Of a DNA stretch of 64,000 nucleotides, positions 54,695 through 64,000 are shown piece after piece (within the stretch, counting starts at the first letter, position 1; the number at the start of each line of letters is the position of its first letter). The stretch lies in contig OX337239.1 in assembly GCA_946965045.2 (NCBI GenBank), positions 434,001 through 498,000 of the forward strand, written 5' to 3'. The notes below the pieces were generated by a model. It was not told where the DNA came from, searched no databases, and was given only the letters and a program-made list of their open reading frames with translations. Origin of the DNA: Epithemia pelagica. Its lineage: Eukaryota > Protista > Bacillariophyta. The translations under genes and the position numbers were made by a program.

Positions 54695-57600
54695 CAACCA
54701 GACCCGAGGTCACTCCTCGGGCTGTTCACCAAGACTTTCGAGCAGCTCATCTATATCTTACTAGCGACAACAACTCTTTACTTGTATGTCCTAGTAGGTT
54801 ATGATGATGAAGCTCCAACTACTACTGCTCCAGCCACGAATGCAAGATGGATCGACTATTTATGGACCACGATATCGACCATGATGGCCAACAGCCTGGC
54901 AATACTTGATGCAGCCATTCCACCACCCAGATATAGACCAAGGGCAAGATCGCCAGCAACCAGGAGACGACGAAAACAGTGGAACTCGAGCCTCATGAAA
55001 GGACTGTGCATGACCACGATACTCGCAGCTCCGGTGGCAAGCAAACTGGTCAAGGCGCATTCGGTCCGATTTGACTCGGACAGCAAACCTCTCTTCATCG
55101 ACAACTGTGCCACAGCATCAATCACCCACGATATCACCGATTGCTTGACTTCTCCAACACCAATTCAACGCAAAATAAAGGGAATTGCTGGATTATACAA
55201 GACCGAGGTGTACTCCACGACGATCAAATGGGACATTGAAGACGACGATGGGCAAGTATACCGCATTGTGCTCCCCGGGTCATTCTATATTCCATCCACG
55301 TCACATCGACTCCTTTCCCCGCAACACTGGGCACAAGTGGCACGAGATCACCGACCGAAGCCGCATGGCACCCGATGTATCACCACTGACGACACAATTA
55401 CCCTGGAATGGAACCAAGGAACGAGCAAACGAACGATTCCGTTGAATTGGCGAGGCACCAATGTGGGAGAGTTCTCCACGGCCACCGGAATGACCCACTA
55501 CCAAAGCTTTTGTTGTAAAATCTGTGAAGATGACAACAATCCACCGATTGTTAGTGAGGCAAATGTGATCGAAGACGATGACGACGCCACACAGGAAGAC
55601 AACGTACCAAGAACAAGTGATGACGAAGGGAGTCTCGAGGACCGGACGGACATGGATGACGAACACAACGAGCAATACTTTCCACATCGAGACACGCCAT
55701 TGACGACAGATTTTTTATTCGATACGGAAAAAGTGGTGCATGTGATACCAAACGAAGAAGAAGTGCCGCATGAAAGTCCAACAGCTGAACTCCTTCGCAC
55801 TCACCATCGACTTGGACATTTATCAATGGCAAAGATCCAAACCATGGCACGCCAAGGAGCATTACCAAGGCGACTGGGATCATGTGCAGTTCCAGCATGC
55901 ACTGCATGCATGTACGGCAAAGCGACGAAGAAACCATGGCGAGTCAAGGGATCGCAAGGAACTTTAGATACAATGACGCGCCCCGGTCAATGCGTGTCAG
56001 TGGACCAGCTCATCTCGAATACGCCTGGTTATATCGCACACATGCGCGGTACTCCCACGCGAGAACGATATCGCGTTGCAACTGTTTTCGTGGATCACTT
56101 CTCGGGAATCGGCTATGTACATCTACAGCGGTCTACCTCAGCTACTGATACTATTGAAGCTAAGGAGAGATTCGAGTCATGGGCAGAAACCCATGGGGTA
56201 GCTATCCAGCATTATCATGCCGACAATGGGATTTTCGCGGACAACGAGTTTAGAAAAGCAGTCGCGAGCAAAGGCCAGCGACTGACTTTCAGTGGCGTCA
56301 ACGCTCATTTCCAGAGTGGCATGGCCGAACGTCGGATACGCGATCTACAAGACTCGGCAAGAACTATGCTATTGCATGCACACCGACGATGGCCCACAGC
56401 AATCACAACGAACCTATGGCCGTATGCCGTTCGGTATGCATCAGACATGTTTAACGAAGCTCCTTTGAAGAAACATAAAGACAAGACACCGATTGAACTC
56501 TTCTCCGGTTCCCCTGTGCGATTCAACATCCGAAATGCACATACCTTCGGATGCCCAAGTTATGTGCTGGATAACGAACTTCAAGCTGGAAAGGGCCTAC
56601 CGAAGTGGTCCGAACGATCGCGGGTTGGTATCTTCCTGGGTTACTCGGCGCAACATGCAAGGACGGTAGGGCTTATTTTGTCCCTTTCATCGGGCCTATC
56701 GTAACCACAGTTCCATGTGCACTATGACGACAACTTTGAGACTATCCGTCGTAGTTTTGGAGAAGCCCAACCAATCTCTTATTGGCAACAGCGCGCGGGA
56801 TTCAGCAAACGGACGAGCGGAACAGCACGACCCAAACGAGCAAAAGCTATCAATCTAGATGCACCCATGAGGGAGGTAGACAACAATGAGGAGATAGTGG
56901 ACCAAGATCAGGCTACACCGACAAGAGACGATGAGGGAGATGCCGTACCAAATATCCCCGTGCATGAGGGAGCTGGTATCCGACGGTCACAAAGGGAGCC
57001 AAGACCGACAACACGATATCAAGAATACATGGCAGAACTCGGCGACGACCTAAATCCATTGGGGGAACTAGCTATTGCTCTCCCAGGCATCGTGAGCATG
57101 ACGGCGCAAGCACAGAAGAATCCTGACGTTATGTATTGGCATTAAGCCATGCAACAACCAGATCGCCACGAATTTATCAAGGCCGCACAAAAGGAAGTCA
57201 GAGATCACACGGAAAATGGATTATGGGAGATCGTACGCCGAAAAGACATTCCTCCCGGTAGCTATATTACTCGCGCTGTCTGGAGCTGCATGCGGAAGCG
57301 CAGGCTAGAGACCGGGGAAATTTACAAGTGGAAATCACGACTAGCTTTTGATGGGTCCGGACAAACAAAGGGGGTCAACTATTGGGAGACCTATGCCCCT
57401 GTTGTCCAATGGCCTGTTGTACGATATGTCCTAACTACCGCTCTGGCGCAAGGATGGGCTATTAAACAGGTCGATTACGTCCTAGCGTACACCCAAGCAA
57501 TGGCCGAGACGGATATGTACATGGAGGCTCCAAAGGCTTTTACCTTCGACACTAAGGGTGAACAAAAGGCTGAAGACTATGTACTCAAAATTCGGCGTAA

Positions 57601-58732
57601 TTACTACGGACAGAAGCAAGCAGCACGTGTATGGAACAAACATCTGGTACAACAGCTCGAGAAGGCAGGATTCACACAAAGCTCTCATGACGAATGCCTG
57701 TTTTATCACGGCCAAAGTATATATATATTGTATACAGATGACTCAATTCTTACAGGGCCGGATCCAGAAGAACTGAATCGCATCATCGCCAAGTTAGAAG
57801 AGATCGGGCTTAAGATGACATATGAAGACGGGGTTGAAGATTTCTTAGGGGTCCATATCACAAAACAGGAATCGGGTCAGATGCATCTATCACAGACACG
57901 ACTAATTGATTCGATTCTCGATGACTTACGATTGCCGGAGGACGCCCAAGGAAAAGACATACCAGCAGCAAGTACAGTAAAGATGCGCTCAGATGACGAC
58001 GGTGACCCATTCGACGGACACTTCCATTATCGCTCTGTGATTGGGAAGTTGAACTTCCTCGAGAAAAGTACACGACCGGACATTTCGTATGCCGTGCACC
58101 AATGCGCGAGATTTGCAGCAAATCCAAAACAAATACACGGAAGAGCAGTCAAGCAAATCGGACGCTATCTTGCGTCGACCCGTACTCTCGGCATACTACT
58201 GAATCCACAAGAAGATGCCAACTTCGATGTCTATGCCGATGCGGATTTTTGTGGGAACTTCAACAAAACTGATATGCCCAGGACGGATATGGCACGATCT
58301 CGTACCGGCTATATCATCTTCTACGGGGGCTGCCCTATTGTGTGGGCTTCTAAATTACAGACTGAGATTGCTCTTTCCACAACCGAGGCCGAGATCATTA
58401 GTCTGTCGACGTCACTACGGACGGTCATCCCACTGATGCATATCACCAAGGAAATGAAAACGCGGGGATACAAGGTCATATCGACGCAACCAAGAGTGCA
58501 TTGCCGAGCGTTTGAGGACAACAATGGAGCGTTCGAATTAGCAACCGTCCACAAATATCGTCCTCGAACACGCTATCTGTGTACAAAACTCTTCCACTTC
58601 AAAGAATATGTGGAACAGAAACAGATCGCAATACTGCCATGTGATACTGAGCTACAAACTGCCGACATCTTCACCAAAGCCTTGGACAAAGATACGTTCG
58701 AGCGACATCGCAAATCTATCATGGGCTGGTAG
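54695..58732 (+). pseudogene. pol: Pol (protease, integrase, RT, RNase H), in frame with gag, with two internal TAA stops
   Basis: IDNCAT (PR); HHRLGH..C..C, VSVDQL, FVDHFS, ADNG, AER (IN); YTDD (RT); YADADF, EDNNGA, TADIFTK (RH); stops at 56702 and 57143, all in one frame. Confidence 0.9.
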
Positions 58733-58768
58733 TCCTGGTAGTCCTGACAATACCGCTCTGTGAGGGAG

Positions 58769-59224
58769 TGTTCAAATACTGTACGCAAGGGCATAACTAC
58801 ACGTGGGGGACAATGGGGGACAGAGACAGAATTCCCATGACACAACACGCCCAACGCATCATTGAACCGCCGCCTCTCACAAATCACCAATCAACAAAGA
58901 CGAACGACGCATCTCAACATGGGATTTGGACGACGGCTATGTAACACTCATGCCGCTCTAAACAACGACTCCCATGGCCAGAGCAATAACGGTACTGGCT
59001 CCTAAGTAAGCAGACGCCACTTAGGGAGCCACGAATCTCAGAAGAGGCAGCAAGGTCGTCCATAAACAATTGGGACCGCCAATTTGGTCGATCAACGCAC
59101 CAATCTACGAGTCAACGCTCAACGCATGAGCAGGAGCGATTCATAGCTTGCACACGATAATCTAGAAACACACAATTTTGCAAAAGAGCTCTTTTTCGTT
59201 ACTCGACAGTAGTGAAAAACAACA
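58769..59224 (+). repeat. 3' LTR
   Basis: See 5' LTR. Confidence 0.97.
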
Positions 59225-59313
59225 ATGAAAGCTTGTCGGAAACGCAGCGTTTGACAAAGAAAATCAGAACAAGCAACCAGGGAACGAAAGTGGTCGACAG
59301 GGAAAACAATGAC

Positions 59314-62055
59314 ATGGTAAATCATGACAATACCATCAAGGACCTAACAACCTACAACAGCTCCGTTGTTCAATTCCCAAAAGAAGTATCAAGCCTTCAT
59401 GCCCATTCCAGTACTCCCCATTCTTCTTCCTCTAAAAAAACGACTACACCGAACAATTCCCATCTTCCAACAGAGGACAATGGTGACTACACCACAATGG
59501 ACCGCAACATCACTTCTCAATTAAACGATAACCAGGACGATGCATCGAATACCCATCAGGATCCCCCTCTTCCATTTCCGAATCACAATCACAATCTCCA
59601 AGGAAACGGTCAGGTAGGTCGACTTGTCTTGCCGGGAGCCGTGTCCTATTCGTTTCGCAATGGTCGTCGCGAACATCGACGACCACCCCTCCAATGGCTG
59701 CCAGGAGGCATCATGAGAAAACAACAATTGACGGATGTTGGTCCACAACCTAGTACAGTTTATGAAGTGTCGGACGCATTCCGTTCGTCGTCGTATCGCA
59801 ATCGATCAAGTGACGATTTTTCGATTTCGGAACGAGACGCTGCGGAGGATCCAAACAATGACAGCGACGATGATAACACAGAGGAACAACAACAGGGCCG
59901 CACACAAGTGCTCGGCGATCCCTATCTCATATCTGCCACCTTGGTGGAAGACGACGATACTCGACAAAGAGCTCCTCCTATACCAATCACTCCAATGGTG
60001 GACGATACTCATTTGTTGCCCCTGGTCGATGCGCGAACCTTACCCGAAACGAGCCACACTTCCGGATTGCATTCGCGAGAAGACAATAGTCCTCCTCAAA
60101 ACCCAGAACAGCTGCCCGAATCAAAATTATTTTCTTCGATCAAAGGGAAATGCCTCTATCTGAGTGCTGGTGTGATCCTAGTAGTGGTACTGGTAGTGGT
60201 TCTGGTAGCGGCCCTGGGTGGAGGAGGGAGTGCGGGTGAAACCGAGATGGCCATGGACGACACGGGTCTACGTGTTGTTCCTACGGCAACGCCATCTGTT
60301 CTGCCCAGTTTATCTCCTTCTACGAGTGTTGTTCCGTCTTTGGTTCCATCGAATGCACCCAGTACAAAACCATCGAACAGTCAGGCTCCCAGTTGGACAC
60401 CCTCAATTTCGACACAACCCTCCGCTTCTCCAACACGTGTCGTCTCGGCAACGGAACTCATGCTGCGGACCAATTTCCCCAAGGTGTTTGAAACAGAAGA
60501 CAAACAATCCTTGTCCGATCCTGACGAATCCGCCTATTGGATGAGGGCCTTGCGGTTTGTGGAGGAGACCTCGACGGAGCTGGAGGATTGGAGAATCGCC
60601 CAGCGCTATGCCTTGGCGAGTATCTTTTACGCCACCAATGGTGTGGAAACACCGTACGTTGTCGAATTCTTTGGCAACGAAACGGGGGTGTCCATGCTGG
60701 AATGGGATGTTGGTTGGGCCGACCAGGCCAATACACCGGATGAGTGCCGTTGGGACGGCGTTATTTGTACAGATTTGGTGAACTTTTTTGTGGGGGACGA
60801 ACCTGGCCCTGTCGTGGGCATTACGCTACCCATGGAATATAGGGCGACGGGGACAGTTCCCATTGAAATTATGATTTTGAGAGAAACCTTGCAAAGCCTG
60901 GACATCAAAGACAATCTGGTGTGGAACAGTGGGTGGGAGAATTTGTGATATTTGCGTCTGTCCAATACGGGGTTTGAATATGATCAAAGGTTACCGGCCG
61001 TGTTGGGATCCTTGAACAATTTGGAGACTCTGGATCTGTCGTATTTGCACTTTTCAGGACCCTTGAATGCCACAGCTGTCCTTAACGAGCTCACGAACCT
61101 GACAGTTCTTACACTCATCAAACTACCCCTGGAAAACACCACATCTCTGTTTGACGTTTTACCTGTATTACAAAATCTCACTGATGTGAGACTAGATCAT
61201 ATGTCTTTCCAGGGACCTTTGTCCTTTTCGCTCTCGGATCTTCCCAATCTTGAAATAGTACAAATTCGAAATGCCGAGTTGACAGGAACCTTGGACGCCT
61301 TGTTCAGTTTCGACTCGCAGGCAGTCTATCCAACCAACTTGCAAGTTCTAGATCTGTCGGACAATCCCGGCCTGACGGGTACCCTCCCAAGGAATGTGGG
61401 CCTCTTCTCAAAGTTGTTGGAGGTGGATTTGATGCAGTGTAACCTCTCGGGTCAACTTCCCGCCGAGTTGTGGAGCCTACATGGACCACTGTCTTTGAGA
61501 TTGAATAACAATACCTTCAACGGTACTTTTCCCGCCAATTTGGGTGATTTTTCGATTTTGTCAGTGCTTTTACTCGAAAACAATAACTTGAGTGGAGGCT
61601 TGGAGACCATCGTGGGGCATTATAGAGCGAATGGTCCATATTCGCTCAGGGTTTTGCGTCTCAACAACAATCCTCTGCTGGGCGGTAACCTGTCGACTTC
61701 TTTGGGATTATTGTCTGGATTGGATTCCTTGGAATTGGCCAACTGTGGATTGACAGGTTCTATTCCCTCCCAGATTGGCGCACTGACCGATCTTCAATTG
61801 TTGTTCTTACAGGACAATGCCCTGAATGGGACAATACCTTCTCAAGTAGGGGCTCTGATCCAGTTGAGCGGGGTGGAACTGCACCACAACGAGTTGGTGG
61901 GACCGGTACCGGACTCGTTGTGCGAGTTGGTGAATGCTCCACAACGATTCCATGACCCCTTTTTCTTTTCCTTTGCGCTCGACTGTGCAGTACTGGGAGC
62001 ATCAATAAGCACATGTGAGGAGTCAACTGTGTGCTGTACGGAATGCTTGCCTTAA
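59314..62055 (+). CDS. type-II membrane LRR receptor-like protein, interrupted by an in-frame TGA at 60946-60948 (pseudogene or unrecognised intron)
   Basis: Cytosolic N-terminus with PGAV motif, TM helix, PS/PT stalk, QRYAL..FYATNG..ECRW.GV.C LRR cap, many LxxLxLxxNxLxGxIP repeats, C-terminal C..CC..C. Confidence 0.8.
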
Positions 62056-62977
62056 CGTCGTAAATGGATCTGAGAAACGAAACGCAACCATCCTTCGTGG
62101 AGGACGAACACTCGGATCAGTATACTATATGGATTGTGTCTTGTGAATTGGTGGAGGCTTTGCAGCAAGAAAATGATTCGAACCACACCCTGGGTGTTGG
62201 ATTCCTTCCCGTTGGACTGCACGAGATTCTGTGGGACCGCCGGATGATATTCGTACCAGCGATAATAGGAGGGTCAGTGTCTGTGGAAGAATGCAGTTCC
62301 AAACAATGGGATTGAGACAGGATGCTTCTTCCAAACGTTGAAGTGGTGTTCTCGTTTTATAAAAACTGTCTGTGCACTACAAAACGAGTTTGCAGTCCGA
62401 CTGTGCGTTTGAGTACTGGAGGCCCCCGCCACAACGATTGGAACCCATGTCCTTGACATTTTGGACTCTATCAACACTACCTACTTTGGGTGATGAACCG
62501 ACGATTCGACGGTACCCGAGGAGGCCCCTTTTCATGGTCATAGGCTGTTTCTATATTATTATACGGGATGGAGTTCTCGTCTTTTTGGATAGATGGCGAA
62601 TTGGCAAACTTAGTTTGTACATGAGGAAGAACTAGTCCGAACGTATGGAACGATACGTCGCATCGCCTTGTTTTGCAGTGGGCACCCACTTGTTTTCGTT
62701 GCTGCATGGTAAGATGAATGTCACACAGCGAGAGAAGAGGCATTGTGCATGGCATCCTAGTGAAACAGTCGAACCACGAGTCCACAGAAGCACTGGTCCC
62801 AAAGACGTGGAACTGTACTTTGCGCGGCCCATGCAAGTGACGGACTGTGTTGGATTGAGTGGGCACCCACGAGTTCTCCTTTGCTGCTGGATTTGGTGTT
62901 GGATTCTTGTTGGCCAACGAGAATAAAAAATACGCAATACTGCGAATAGGATCTATCCGAGCAGTAAAATGCCACAA

Positions 62978-63002
62978 AGAGAGAGAGAGAGAGAGAGAGA
63001 GA
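62978..63002 (+). repeat. (GA)n microsatellite
   Basis: Run of ga dinucleotides visible in the sequence. Confidence 0.9.
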
Positions 63003-64000
63003 ACAGAAACAGGCGTTGGGCCAGGTAGTTGGACATGGTCTCTTGGAAAGTGTCCGTGTGGGATCCGAATCTTGGTGGGGAGAACAAAAGCACGAGTCAA
63101 CAAAAGAGGACAGGGTTGGAGAATCCAAACCAACCAGGTGGTGCGCAACCATTGTGGTTGCCGAATGGACATGAGAGAGTCTCCGCTAAAAGCTGGAACA
63201 ACCCTACCATCAAAACCAACCAACAACAATGCCTTGTATTATAGGTACACGTGACGGACCGTGAATGCAGTTCTTGGAACCAGGACTGTGTATACAAGAC
63301 GACGACGAAACACAAGAGTCATCCTGCAGCTTCTTCTTCTTTTTCTTCTTCTTGTTTCGACATTCGTACACTGTGTGTTTGGATTTTGGATGGAACACGT
63401 ATTCTATACACATGATATTTGCCAACCAAAGTTCAGATTGTGGCAACGAACTCTCGTCCGTATCGCACTCTCGTCCGGCGTCGGGGTGGACGGTTGCTCT
63501 GGGCAATAGATCAACAGGGTGTCACTTAATCGATGTTTGTATTCGCCCCACGTTTCTCCCGACTGGGCTTGCGTCTCACGTAGTATTGCCTCGTGTAGAG
63601 TTGGTCGCATTTGCTAGATAGGCCGTGACACTGACCACACACACAGCTCAACAAAAGCATCGAGCGCGGGGGATGTGTGGCTGGTCACGTTTCAAGATTT
63701 CTGGGTGACGAGAAAGAGAGGTGCAATGGAGATGATCTTTTGACTTGCTTTGTGTGTTCGAGTGCCGAAAGTTACTGTAGAATTAGTTGCTTCGTTGGTT
63801 TTGTTGCGGTGTCAAGAACAGACCGAGAGAACGAGAGATTGAATGGATTGATTGATTGATTCATTCCTTATTATACTTAGCCACGTTCCAAAATTTCATC
63901 CGCAAAAGGCAACACACAAGGACACTGAGTTGGAAGACGCAAGAGCGGGGAACACAAAGCTCTCTCCTCCAAGGTTGCCGCAAAAACAAAACCACGAACC

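Larger units (their letters stand above)
52938..59224 (+). mobile_element. full-length Ty1/copia LTR retrotransposon (diatom CoDi-like)
   Basis: Two 456-bp TG...CA LTRs; PPT tgagggag at 58761-58768; ATGAAA duplicated at 52932-52937 and 59225-59230; domain order gag-PR-IN-RT-RH. Confidence 0.97.

Noticed and set aside
12033-60948. Alternative genetic code (stop-codon reassignment) to explain the in-frame stops
   Set aside because: All three stop codons occur internally, and all three also terminate intact genes in this window; frameshifts co-occur with the stops
62064-64000. Short ORFs at the window end
   Set aside because: Overlapping, low-complexity ORFs with no recognisable domain or consistent exon structure
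1-64000. tRNA, rRNA or other structured RNA genes
   Set aside because: None recognised by eye; tRNAscan-SE or Infernal would be needed to exclude them

Overview
Eukaryotic nuclear DNA with short GT-AG introns. The gene families present (diatom-type Copia, type-II LRR receptor-like protein, kelch, TPR and AAA-TPR remnants, ASAFAP-like presequence) point to a diatom, probably a pennate one; this is an inference. It is a gene-family- and pseudogene-rich accessory region. Main contents: two tandem secreted atypical alkaline-phosphatase paralogues (EHAP1/PhoA-aty/PhoX-like) with clustered PSR-type YGAATCTH motifs upstream; a pepsin-family aspartic protease fused to a C-terminal avidin-like domain, interrupted by a TAG and a 1-bp frameshift; an LtrA membrane protein; a Crinkler-like PD-(D/E)xK protein next to a Copia 3' remnant; two kelch genes; an O-fucosyltransferase/GT8 fusion; a 2309-aa sacsin-like GHKL/DUF3684/CUE/HExxH protein; a full-length young Ty1/copia element (456-bp LTRs, 6-bp TSD) with gag and pol in one frame separated by TGA-CAA-CCA; and an LRR receptor-like gene directly behind it. 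The best novelty candidates are the pepsin-avidin fusion and the putative stop-codon read-through in the retrotransposon. All family assignments come from motif recognition by eye; no database searches were run.
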